NCBI GenBank assembly: GCA_001771135.1
Contig: MESW01000008.1
Coordinates: 87,630 to 151,629 of the forward strand
DNA length: 64,000 bases
Reading direction: 5' to 3'
Source of the DNA: a candidate division CPR3 bacterium GWF2_35_18
GTDB lineage: Bacteria > Patescibacteriota > CPR3 > GWF2-35-18
In this document: positions 30,064 through 38,837 of the stretch, one piece after another
Numbering within the stretch: the stretch's first letter is position 1
Layout of the letters: each line of letters begins with the position of its first letter
Program-made: the position numbers and the translations under genes
The notes under the pieces: model-generated
What the model was told of the DNA's origin: nothing
The model's database searches: none
The model's input: the letters and a program-made list of their open reading frames with translations, nothing else

Positions 30064-30282
30064 TTAAAATATTAAAGTCGCAAGCGGGAAAATAATTGCC
30101 TGCAGAACTAAGGCAGATACAAATACAGCAAGATATGTTTTAAGATATTTTTCTTTAAATATTTTTTGGAAGACTTCGATAACATCGGGAGTCCGGGAAA
30201 ACTCGAGCAACGAAAATAGAACCATAAAAACAAGTGTAATTATCGTAGCATTTTTAAGAATCAGTTTTAGTGTATCTAACAT
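30064..30282 (-). CDS. Small hydrophobic protein (72 aa) between rplT and pheS
   Basis: Two predicted TM helices. Occupies the position of the pheM leader in E. coli. Coding status uncertain. Confidence 0.3.
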   Translation of the reverse strand: MLDTLKLILKNATIITLVFMVLFSLLEFSRTPDVIEVFQKIFKEKYLKTYLAVFVSALVLQAIIFPLATLIF

Positions 30283-30314
30283 TGTATTTTTAGAAATTAC
30301 ACACTACACAGTAT

Positions 30315-30653
30315 TTAACTAATTTTTTTTACAATTTTGTCGAACGTTTTTGGGTCGTTGATCGCAATCTCGGATAATATCTTTCGGTTCAATATAATTT
30401 TATTATCCTTTAGTTTTTTAATAAATAAAGAATAGTTTAATCCTTGTGATTTTACTGCAGCAGATAGTCTGACAATCCAAAGGCTACGGACATTTCTTTT
30501 CCTTTGTTTTCGACCGGCAAAGGCATTTTGCCCAGATTTTAATAGTGTTTCTTTGGCACGACGAACTAGCTGTCTTGATTTTGCAAATCCTTTGACACGT
30601 TTTAATAATTTAGTATGTCTTTTATGCGATGGTACTTTAGTAGTGGCTCTCAC
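30315..30653 (-). CDS. rplT: 50S ribosomal protein L20
   Basis: MRATTKVPSHKRHTKLLKRVKGFAKSRQ... matches bL20. Confidence 0.9.
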   Translation of the reverse strand: MRATTKVPSHKRHTKLLKRVKGFAKSRQLVRRAKETLLKSGQNAFAGRKQRKRNVRSLWIVRLSAAVKSQGLNYSLFIKKLKDNKIILNRKILSEIAINDPKTFDKIVKKIS

Positions 30654-30667
30654 TTTTTAGCTCCTTT

Positions 30668-30886
30668 TCATGAATAAGGTAATAATTTTTTGATTCTTTT
30701 AGTATCAGAGGGTGAGGTTATTTCATCTTTTGATTTACGTCTTCTGGTTCTGGATGATTGTTTTTCTTTAAGATGCGAAGTCGCAACGTGTTGTCTTTTG
30801 AATTTTCCAGATCCGGTGACTTTTACTCTTTTTGATATTATTTTTTTAGTTTTTAGCTTCAATTTTTTTACTTTTGCTTTTGACAT
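30668..30886 (-). CDS. rpmI: 50S ribosomal protein L35
   Basis: MSKAKVKKLKLKTKK...GKFKRQHVATSHL pattern of bL35. Position between infC and rplT. Confidence 0.85.
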   Translation of the reverse strand: MSKAKVKKLKLKTKKIISKRVKVTGSGKFKRQHVATSHLKEKQSSRTRRRKSKDEITSPSDTKRIKKLLPYS

Positions 30887-30904
30887 ATAAATCTTTCTTT
30901 ATAA

Positions 30905-31465
30905 TCAACTTTTAATTGCCGATTTTGCATTGGGACCAAAAATACAAATCATTATTCCACCTTGTTTTAATGGCGGTTTTTCGATTTGAATTTTATCCCC
31001 AAAGAAATCCAGAATTTTTTGCATTAATTCATAACCCAATTCTTTTTTAGTGTTTTCTCTACCACGGAAAAAGAGGCTGACCTTGATTTTATTTCCTTTT
31101 TTCATGAATTCTGTCATACGATTCAGTCTGATCTCTAAATCATGTGGAGAGATATTGAGTTTTAAACGGAATTGCTTTAATTCAACTTCTTTTTGTTTTT
31201 TCTTCGCTTTTTTCTCTTTTTGTTGCAATTCGTATTTGAATTTGTCTAAGGAGATTGCTTTACAAACAGGAGGGTTTGCATTCGCAGAAATTTCGATTAA
31301 ATCAAGCTCTCGAGAATAAGCATAATCTAAAGCTTCTTTTAATGAAACAACTCCGACTTGTTTGCCGTCTTGTCCAATTAATCTGACTTTATCTGCTTTA
31401 ATCTGCAGATTTTTTCGGAAAAATTGCTCTTTTGGTCTAATATTATAGTGAGTTAGTCTATTTAT
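30905..31465 (-). CDS. infC: Translation initiation factor IF-3, apparently initiating at a non-AUG codon (AUA)
   Basis: The track ORF begins at a TTG (31228) inside the protein. In-frame upstream sequence encodes an IF3 N-domain: ...NLQIKADKVRLIGQDGKQVGVVSLKEALDYAYSRELDLIEISANANPPVCKAISLDKFKYE. Between the stop at 31499-31501 and that TTG there is no ATG, GTG or TTG. The ATA at 31463-31465 has a GAAGGAG SD 8 nt upstream. Confidence 0.75.
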   Translation of the reverse strand: MNRLTHYNIRPKEQFFRKNLQIKADKVRLIGQDGKQVGVVSLKEALDYAYSRELDLIEISANANPPVCKAISLDKFKYELQQKEKKAKKKQKEVELKQFRLKLNISPHDLEIRLNRMTEFMKKGNKIKVSLFFRGRENTKKELGYELMQKILDFFGDKIQIEKPPLKQGGIMICIFGPNAKSAIKS

Positions 31466-31586
31466 CTTGTTTTCTCCTTCGCAAAAAACAGAGATATCTT
31501 AGCATAAACCCCTTTAATTCGCAAGGGTAAATTAGGTTAAAGGTTGATATACCAATAACAATATTCAAATTTAAAGGGATTTATGC

Positions 31587-31618
31587 TTCTGGAGGGTTAA
31601 GAAATGACCCTCCAGAAG
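31587..31618 (-). terminator. Stem-loop downstream of thrS and upstream of infC (putative terminator/regulatory hairpin)
   Basis: Perfect 11-bp inverted repeat CTTCTGGAGGG/CCCTCCAGAAG with a 10-nt loop. Confidence 0.4.
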
Positions 31619-31635
31619 ATATTTCCAATCAAGAA

Positions 31636-33414
31636 TTATATATTTTTCTTCTCTGAGATCTCTTTTTGGATCTTTTGAATAAATTCTTCAACTTCCAGAT
31701 CATTCATTTTCTCTCCATTACGAAGCCTTAGAGAGATTTTTTTATTCTGTACCTCCCTATCGCCTAAAATCATCATGTATGGTATTTTTTGTGTAACCGC
31801 ATCACGGATTTTGGCTTGCATAGTGTCATCACGGCTATCAATCTCTGATCTAAGCCTGTTTTTCTGTAACTCTTGCGCGATCTCTTGCGCGTATTCTGCG
31901 TGATTAGAAGATATTGGAATGATTTTCACTTGTATTGGAGATAGCCATACTGGAAAGGCTCCAGCATAATGTTCAATCAAAATTCCCAGAGTTCTTTCGA
32001 TAGAACCGGTTAATCCGCGATGTAAGATAACTGGATGCTGCTCTTTCCCATTTTTATCGGTGTAAACAAGTTTTAATCTTTTTCCCATAAATAGGTCAAG
32101 TTGCAAGGTGCTCATTTGCCATTCACGTCCCAAAGAATCTTTAACCATATAATCGATTTTGGGACCGTAAAATGATGCTTCTCCTTGTGCTTTGACATAT
32201 TTTAGCTTGTTATCTTTGATGATCTTCTCGAGGAGTTTTCCGGCCTTTTGCCAAGTTTTGCTGTCGGCAATGTATTTTACCGCATCAGATGGATCTGCTA
32301 GCGATAAACGTACATAATATTCTTTGAGTCCAAAAGCTTCGAACATTTTGGCAACCATTTTGATACAGCGGGCAAACTCCGATTCTATCTGGTCTTCAGT
32401 CATTAAAATATGTGAATCATCAATGGAAAGTGCACGTACTCGCATTAGTCCGGAGAGCTCTCCGCTTTTTTCATATCGATAGCAAGTACCAGGTTCGGCG
32501 ACCCTATAAGGTAATTCACGATAACTTCGAGGGCGGCTTTCAAAGATCATATAGTGATGTGGACAATTCATGGGTTTCAAAACATATTCTTCACCATCAA
32601 TTCCAAAGGGTGCATACATTACGTCTTTGTAATGTTCCCAGTGACCAGTACGTTTATAAATTTCGGAACTGGCTATATGAGGGCAAGTAACATGTTGGAA
32701 GCCGTTTTCAACTTCAAGTTCATACTCATAGTTCAGAATTTCTTTTCGAATAATCGTTCCCTTAGGGGTTAAAAGCGGAAGACCTTTACCGATTGAATCA
32801 CTGATGACAAAAAGATCCAGCTCTTTACCCAATTTTCGGTGATCTCTCTCTTTCGCTTCTTTACGAACATAGAGAAATTGATCGAGCTCTTTTTGTGTGG
32901 GGAAAGCCGTTCCATAAATACGAGTTAACATTTTATTCTTTTCATCACCGTGCCAGTATGCTCCAGCGATAGAAAGCAACTTGAATGGACCGATTTTTCC
33001 GGTTGATTCAACATGTGGACCGGAGCAGAGATCTACCATGGAATTTTTTTGTCCTTCTTTACCTGTCCAGTAAATAGTTATTTTGGAGCCTTTTTTGGCA
33101 ATTTCATCAATCCATTCCTGTTTATATGGATTATCTTCAAAAAGTTTTCGAGCTTCTTTTTCTGAAACCTCCATTTTGGTAATGGGTAGGTCAAGATCAA
33201 TAATCTCCTTCATTCTTTTTTCGATTTTGGGAAAGTCGGATTCGGAAATTTTGTAAGAAGCAGGATCAAAATCATTGTAAAATCCGTCTTCGGTGGCTGG
33301 TCCCATAGCAAGATGGACTTTTGGAAAAAGCTCTTTTACAGCTTGATGCATGATATGTTCTGCCGAATGTCTCATGGCTTGCAGTTCAATTGGATTTTGT
33401 TTTTTTACTGACAT
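31636..33414 (-). CDS. thrS: Threonyl-tRNA synthetase (lacks N-terminal TGS domain)
   Basis: DHRKLGKELDLF...KPMNCPHH...GLMRVRALSIDDSHI are collinear with E. coli ThrRS. Editing-domain RHSAEHIMHQA motif. 592 aa. Confidence 0.9.
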   Translation of the reverse strand: MSVKKQNPIELQAMRHSAEHIMHQAVKELFPKVHLAMGPATEDGFYNDFDPASYKISESDFPKIEKRMKEIIDLDLPITKMEVSEKEARKLFEDNPYKQEWIDEIAKKGSKITIYWTGKEGQKNSMVDLCSGPHVESTGKIGPFKLLSIAGAYWHGDEKNKMLTRIYGTAFPTQKELDQFLYVRKEAKERDHRKLGKELDLFVISDSIGKGLPLLTPKGTIIRKEILNYEYELEVENGFQHVTCPHIASSEIYKRTGHWEHYKDVMYAPFGIDGEEYVLKPMNCPHHYMIFESRPRSYRELPYRVAEPGTCYRYEKSGELSGLMRVRALSIDDSHILMTEDQIESEFARCIKMVAKMFEAFGLKEYYVRLSLADPSDAVKYIADSKTWQKAGKLLEKIIKDNKLKYVKAQGEASFYGPKIDYMVKDSLGREWQMSTLQLDLFMGKRLKLVYTDKNGKEQHPVILHRGLTGSIERTLGILIEHYAGAFPVWLSPIQVKIIPISSNHAEYAQEIAQELQKNRLRSEIDSRDDTMQAKIRDAVTQKIPYMMILGDREVQNKKISLRLRNGEKMNDLEVEEFIQKIQKEISEKKNI

Positions 33415-33587
33415 ATATAACTCCTTTAAAATTTACTTTATGTTTAATTAAAATAACTACAAATATTACCCCCAAAAGGGGTTGTGGCTGTTAAATGATA
33501 TATAGTTTTATTCAGCATTTTAAATTTGATCATTTTTCCTTTAGTATTGCGTCGTTTAGAAGTTCAGCATAAAAGCGTTCTATACGC

Positions 33588-33800
33588 AAAAACTCTCGTC
33601 TGTTTGCAAATAGCCTAAAAAACAAATTGTTAAAAGCTAATTTACAAAGAGACGAGAGTTTTTTCTCGTGGTTCCACTCTTTTTATTCTTGTACCTTTTT
33701 CCGCTGGGTAGCGGTCTCAAAGCAAATAGTTAAATGGTTTCGATTAAAATAAAGCTAAGAAAAGTTTGCATCTAAAAATACTTTTCCTCTCTTGTAGTTT
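33588..33800 (-). promoter_or_regulatory. T-box riboswitch leader of thrS, specifier ACC (Thr)
   Basis: Minus strand AAGAG[UGGAACC]ACGAGA is the antiterminator (complement of 33664-33681), pairing with UCUCGU-CUCUU. The terminator CUCUCGUCU.../...AGACGAGAG (33593-33658) is followed by U5. Stem I carries AGAGA and AGUA motifs. Specifier-loop context AAUCGAA-ACC-A gives ACC as the complement of 33736-33738. Confidence 0.75.
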
Positions 33801-33830
33801 TTTTAATCTACTTGTTTTAACGCTTTGATA

Positions 33831-34268
33831 TTAATTTTCAAGCAAAACTGTAAACTGGTCGTAATGTTTTTCTTCGTCCGTCAAAATATTGGCAAAAAGA
33901 AGTTTTGTAACGTAGTCTTTTTCGCTATCAGCTTTCGCTATAATTTCTTTATAAAAAGCGATGGTATCTTCTTCAGCTTTTGCGTCTTCATGAAGCATTT
34001 CTTCGAAGCCATGTCCTACTTTAATTGGAGCAGGCTTTGTTATTGGTTCACCGCCTAAGTAGTTCAATCTTTCTGCAATCATCTCAGCATGTTTCATTTC
34101 ATCGATGGAAATTTTTTTCAAAATCGGAGCGATTGAAGCTGATTCTTTTCCAACCATAGTAATATGTTGCCACATATACTGGATAATTCCTTGTAGTTCA
34201 CCGGCTAGAGCTTTATTTAACATCTCAATAAGATTAGGGTTATTTTTCTTTTGGTTATCTTTTGGCAT
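33831..34268 (-). CDS. Bacterioferritin / ferritin-like protein
   Basis: Collinear with bacterioferritin: ELQGIIQYMWQH...SIDEMKHAEMIAERLNYLGGEP...EEKHYDQF. Start placed at MPKDNQ, which has an AGAGGAG RBS. The track ORF extends to 34316. Confidence 0.7.
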   Translation of the reverse strand: MPKDNQKKNNPNLIEMLNKALAGELQGIIQYMWQHITMVGKESASIAPILKKISIDEMKHAEMIAERLNYLGGEPITKPAPIKVGHGFEEMLHEDAKAEEDTIAFYKEIIAKADSEKDYVTKLLFANILTDEEKHYDQFTVLLEN

Positions 34269-34719
34269 ATTCTCCTCTTTCTTTTCAACTTTTTGTTTTT
34301 TGAAGATAGTAATCATATTTTCATGTAAAATTTACTGACACTATTATACTCCATTAGAGCAAGAACGCCAAAGTACATCGTTGAACATGATGTATTAAAA
34401 GTATGATATATTCAGGATTCGTACCATTTTTGGGATGCAATATCCAAAATCCCCATATCCCCCATCCGTTTTTTATTCGGACTAATAATCCGGAAAGGAG
34501 AAAAAATATAAGAATACAATCTAACTGATTTTTGTTTTAGTTATAACTTTCTTGTACATATAAAACCAGGGACTATTCAAATTAAGAAAGGATTCAAGGC
34601 CATGACTCCGCAACAAAATTTGGGATTTATTTTTCTATTTGAACTATATTTTAAGATTGAAATTAATAAAGATTATTATTTTAACTTAAATTGGATGATA
34701 TTATAAGAGATAATAGAGA

Positions 34720-34796
34720 TGGTGGACCCAAGTGGACTCGAACCACTGACCTTTACAATGTCAATGTAACGCTCTAACCAACTGAGCTATGGGTCC
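34720..34796 (-). tRNA. tRNA-Val (anticodon GAC), CCA encoded
   Basis: Minus-strand sequence GGACCCATAGCTCAGTTGGTTAGAGCGTTACATTGACATTGTAAAGGTCAGTGGTTCGAGTCCACTTGGGTCCACCA folds as a cloverleaf. Anticodon loop TTGACAT. Confidence 0.85.
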
Positions 34797-34825
34797 AAAT
34801 TTGACAATAAATACTAATATAATAT

Positions 34826-35956
34826 CTATTTACTAGCGAGATCTTTTAAGCGCTGAATTGTCTTATCGCGCTGTAAACTGTATTTAATATAGACTTTTTG
34901 TTCTGGTTTTTCAAGCTCTTGTCTCATCTTTTCATCAGAAACAGTTGATAAAACTTTGTTGATATCTTCATCTGTAATCATGATATTTTCGGATTTGGCT
35001 ACTTCGCTTAAAGCAAATTCTAACTTTACACTTTTTTCAGCTTGTGGTTTCCATTCTTTTTTCAAATCGTCGCGAGTTTTTTTCTGGTGTTTAAGATAAT
35101 CATCAAAACTAACGCCAAGAGGTTTGAATTGAGCTTCCATACTCTGTTCCATCTCTTTTAGTTCCTGTTCAATCAAAACTTCTGGAAGATCAATGTTCGT
35201 CATCTTCACAAGCTGCTCCAAGATTTCATTTAAGAAATTTTTCTCTTCTTGATTAATCTTCTGTTCACTTAAAGATTCAGTTACTTTTATGTCGAGTTCT
35301 TCTCTTGTTTTGACACTATTGGCTTTTAAGAAATCTTCAAAGGTAAATTCTTCTCCCAGCTTAGAGATATCTAGGAAGTTATCATCTTTTTTATCTTCGA
35401 TTCCTTTTTGTTTTGCTTCAGAAAGACTAGAAGCGGTTTCGACCTTAATCTCATTTTTTTTCTTTTTCGCTTCTTTTTGTTGTGATTTCCAGCTTTCAAA
35501 AGAGGCCTCGATAAGGTCCTTAACCTCTTTTTCGTTAACTTTGTTTGGTTCCTTACGTTTTACCTTAATTTTTTGATAGTTACCGAGTTTCGCAGTCGGT
35601 CTAATGCTCACAATTGTTTTTACAACAAGGTCTTTATCTTTTGTCAGTTTTGCTTCTTTCTGGAGGTTATCTAATTTGAATTCGGGATAAGAGATAGGAT
35701 TTAAGTTGTGTTCTTTGATCGCTTGCCTATAAGATTCAAAAATCTCATCGTTTAAAGCTTCCTGTAAAATTCGGTCTCGACCTAATGAATCTTCAATTAG
35801 ATTTCTGGGTGCCATGCCAGGTCGAAAACCTTTTAAGGTCACACTTGGCGCCATTTTTTTATATTCTTCTTCATAAGCTGTAGCGATTTTTTCACCCTTA
35901 ATTATTAGTTCCAATTCTACTTGAGATTTCGGTAAGTTTTTTAGTTTTGTTGGCAT
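34826..35956 (-). CDS. tig: Trigger factor (short form)
   Basis: N-terminal ribosome-binding signature GFRPGMAP. Acidic/coiled C-terminal arm. 376 aa suggests a reduced or absent PPIase domain. Confidence 0.7.
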   Translation of the reverse strand: MPTKLKNLPKSQVELELIIKGEKIATAYEEEYKKMAPSVTLKGFRPGMAPRNLIEDSLGRDRILQEALNDEIFESYRQAIKEHNLNPISYPEFKLDNLQKEAKLTKDKDLVVKTIVSIRPTAKLGNYQKIKVKRKEPNKVNEKEVKDLIEASFESWKSQQKEAKKKKNEIKVETASSLSEAKQKGIEDKKDDNFLDISKLGEEFTFEDFLKANSVKTREELDIKVTESLSEQKINQEEKNFLNEILEQLVKMTNIDLPEVLIEQELKEMEQSMEAQFKPLGVSFDDYLKHQKKTRDDLKKEWKPQAEKSVKLEFALSEVAKSENIMITDEDINKVLSTVSDEKMRQELEKPEQKVYIKYSLQRDKTIQRLKDLASK

Positions 35957-35992
35957 ATTTAAAAAATCCTTTAAAAATAAAAAAGCTATGTT

Positions 35993-36022
35993 TAGGGTTT
36001 GTATTATATACTTAACTTCTTA
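35993..36022 (-). promoter_or_regulatory. Sigma70-type promoter for tig
   Basis: Minus strand TTGCAA (36017-36022) then a 16-18 nt spacer then TATATAAT (35993-36000). Confidence 0.45.
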
Positions 36023-36168
36023 AAATTTGCAATATATCCATCTTTATATTCATCTTTTTCTAACCTGTCTGATTAGTAAGGCGGATTTGTATAAATTGTT
36101 GATGGGTATTATTCAAATTAACATGATTTATACATAAAGAAAAGTAATTATTCGGATATAAAAAAACG

Positions 36169-36495
36169 TTAAATCTTCTGAGCTGAAATTCTTTGAGTTT
36201 TTCTTTTTACAAGAGCGTTTTTGATATTTGTTATTTCTGTTTCAATCTTGGTAATTCTTTCGTTAACTGTTAGTATTTCTTTTTTTGGTTCATCGACAAA
36301 GTAAGATAAAGGAATATTTGTCATTTCAGCAATTTTTTTTATCACGTATAAAGGAGGATTATTCCGACCGCGTTCATAGGATGAAATTGATTTTGCATCT
36401 AGACCTACGGCATCGGCAATTTTCTGTTGAGGCCATTCTAAATTTTCACGCACTTCTTTGATTTTTAGACCAATATCAGATTGTGTTTTCGACAT
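36169..36495 (-). CDS. XRE-family HTH transcriptional regulator with coiled-coil tail
   Basis: ...QQKIADAVGLDAKSISSYERG... HTH_XRE pattern. Confidence 0.7.
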   Translation of the reverse strand: MSKTQSDIGLKIKEVRENLEWPQQKIADAVGLDAKSISSYERGRNNPPLYVIKKIAEMTNIPLSYFVDEPKKEILTVNERITKIETEITNIKNALVKRKTQRISAQKI

Positions 36496-36498
36496 TGT

Positions 36499-36783
36499 TT
36501 AAACTTGTAAAAGTTTTTTGACTTCTGCAAGTTCCTGTTCAATTTTTTTTAGCTTAGTTTCAATCGTATAGTCGGGAGAGGATTCATCTGTAAAGAACGA
36601 TACAGGCTTTTCAACGGCATCAGCGATTTTTTGGAGAGCAGGAATGTTTGCTTTCAGTCTCCCTTTTTCATAAGCAGAAATTGTTTTATTGGAAAAGCCT
36701 GTTTCATCGGCGAGCTTTTGCTGACTCCAGCCCATTTCTATTCGAGCCTGTTTAATTTTTGCAGCGGGATCTTTAATCTCCAT
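36499..36783 (-). CDS. XRE-family HTH transcriptional regulator (tandem paralog)
   Basis: ...QQKLADETGFSNKTISAYEKG... HTH_XRE. Both end in a KKIEQE/ITKIETE coiled coil. Confidence 0.7.
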   Translation of the reverse strand: MEIKDPAAKIKQARIEMGWSQQKLADETGFSNKTISAYEKGRLKANIPALQKIADAVEKPVSFFTDESSPDYTIETKLKKIEQELAEVKKLLQV

Positions 36784-36868
36784 GATCTATGGATACTAGA
36801 ATTAAATCTACAATTAAATAGTAGCATGGATATTTTTCACTGACAAGTAGAAAAGATCTCTAAAAATA

Positions 36869-37948
36869 TCAGCTTACTTCTGGGATAAACTGTTCCAGAA
36901 TCTGAGCCATTTTTTCTAGAGAAGAGATAGTTACATATTCATTAGTTGCATGAGCGTTTGCAGTATTTGGTTCCGTCAGAATTACTGGAATTTTTTTGGA
37001 AGTAAAGAATCTGGCATCAGATGCTGCTGGATCACGAGTGATTGAAACTTTTCTTTTCAAAACTTTCTCAGCAATTTCATGATAAATTTTGAGATATTGA
37101 TTATTTTTATCGGTAAAAAATGGATTACCATCTACAGTTTCCTTAGGTTTTATTCCAGTTAAATTTGTAATTTTATTAAAAATTTCTTTTTTTGTGTATT
37201 TGGCTGGATAACGGATATCACATTCAGCTGATGCGTAATCAGCGATTTTGTTACTAGCCTCTCCTCCATAGATTTTTCCGATATTAAAAGAGATGCACCA
37301 ATCTTCTAAGCTTTGTGGGTTTTTAAAAGTTTTACGTAGTTTTATACAGGCTAACATTAATTTATCAATAGCGCTTTCTCCGAGGTATGGTCTAGAAGCA
37401 TGACAAGCGACTCCTTTGGTTTCAAGTGTAAAACTCAAAACTCCTTTTTCTTCAACGATAATATCGAAGTTATGTCCTCCGTCTGGAATAAAGGTAATAT
37501 CGGTTTTGTATTTTTCTTTCTCAAGGAGATATTTGACGCCGTCAAATCCGCCTATTTCTTCATCAGTTGTGAGCATTAGGGCAAAAGAAAGTTTGGGATT
37601 TTGTTGATAAAGTTTTTTCATGATGACCATCATGGTAGCGCAAGCCCCTTTCATATCACCAGCGCCTCGAGCGATCAGCTTATCCCCTTCAATTTTTGGT
37701 TTAAATTGATCCTTCTCTGCTTCGATGACATCAAGATGTCCGTTTAGAATTAGTTTTGGATGTTTTGTTTCTTTAGTTAAGATCATTACGGAGGGTTTAT
37801 CGTTGGAAACGTATTTTTTGATGATCATTTTGGTGTCTTTGAAGTAATCGGCAGCAACATCAACAACTTCTTTGAGTCTTTCAGGTTTACTTCTAATTGA
37901 TTCAATCTGAATAAGTTTTTTAGTTAATTCTAAAATTTCTTTTTTCAT
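36869..37948 (-). CDS. M20-family metallopeptidase (DapE/ArgE-like deacylase)
   Basis: LNGHLDVIEAE and ARGAGDMKGA metal-binding motifs of the M20 family. Confidence 0.75.
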   Translation of the reverse strand: MKKEILELTKKLIQIESIRSKPERLKEVVDVAADYFKDTKMIIKKYVSNDKPSVMILTKETKHPKLILNGHLDVIEAEKDQFKPKIEGDKLIARGAGDMKGACATMMVIMKKLYQQNPKLSFALMLTTDEEIGGFDGVKYLLEKEKYKTDITFIPDGGHNFDIIVEEKGVLSFTLETKGVACHASRPYLGESAIDKLMLACIKLRKTFKNPQSLEDWCISFNIGKIYGGEASNKIADYASAECDIRYPAKYTKKEIFNKITNLTGIKPKETVDGNPFFTDKNNQYLKIYHEIAEKVLKRKVSITRDPAASDARFFTSKKIPVILTEPNTANAHATNEYVTISSLEKMAQILEQFIPEVS

Positions 37949-38837
37949 AATTTTCTCCTTTAATTATTAGACATGCTCCAAGGCATGCTCCATGATCTAT
38001 GTTGGAAATTACGATATCTTTAAAATGGAAAAATTTAAAGGTATTTTTTTTATATTTTTCAATAGCTGGCGTCAGAAATTTTTCAGCTGATTTTTTCAAA
38101 GATCCATTAATAATAATTCTTTCTGGATTATAAAAATATGATACTATTTGAAGAAAATTATATAAATGCTCTGTAAAAATCAAAATCGCCCTTTGTGCAT
38201 CTGGGTCATCATTTTTACTTTTAAAAATTTGTTTGGCATCTTTATTTTGTCTGCTAATTTCTTGGTATATTTTTGCCAAACCTTTTCCAGATAAAAAACT
38301 ATCAATAATTGTTTCTTTGTCATGTAGCTCTGGAACTAAATATTTCATTTGGGATATTTCTCCCAGGTTATTTGAATAACCTCCAATAAGTCGTCCGTGT
38401 GAATAAAAAGATAATCTAATTCCTGTTCCTAAATTTATAAGTACAAAGCTTTCAGTTTTTTTCCCTAGTCCAAAAACTGCTTCTGCTTTTGCCATTGCGT
38501 TTACATCATTTTCTAAGATGATCTTTCTTCTAAATTTCTTTTCCCATTTTTTTACGAGAGGATAATTAACATATCCTCCCAAAAGAGAACTGTAGGTGAT
38601 TTTTCCCTTATTCACTACACAATTGAAACTAATGCCGATAACTTTTACTGAATCTTCAATTCTTTTTTGAATTAATTCTTCTAATATTTCTAAAAATTGT
38701 AGACTATTATGCTTAAATTGATCTGTTGAGATCTTCTCACTATCGATTAGATTATATCTATTATCAAAAGAACAGATCTCGATTTTTGTCCCACCAATGT
38801 CAATTCCAAGAAAATAGGGTTTATTTAATTTTTTCAT
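37920..38837 (-). CDS. ROK/BadF-type sugar kinase-like ATPase
   Basis: YFLGIDIGGTKIEI N-terminal ASKHA motif. Confidence 0.6.
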   Translation of the reverse strand: MKKLNKPYFLGIDIGGTKIEICSFDNRYNLIDSEKISTDQFKHNSLQFLEILEELIQKRIEDSVKVIGISFNCVVNKGKITYSSLLGGYVNYPLVKKWEKKFRRKIILENDVNAMAKAEAVFGLGKKTESFVLINLGTGIRLSFYSHGRLIGGYSNNLGEISQMKYLVPELHDKETIIDSFLSGKGLAKIYQEISRQNKDAKQIFKSKNDDPDAQRAILIFTEHLYNFLQIVSYFYNPERIIINGSLKKSAEKFLTPAIEKYKKNTFKFFHFKDIVISNIDHGACLGACLIIKGENYEKRNFRIN

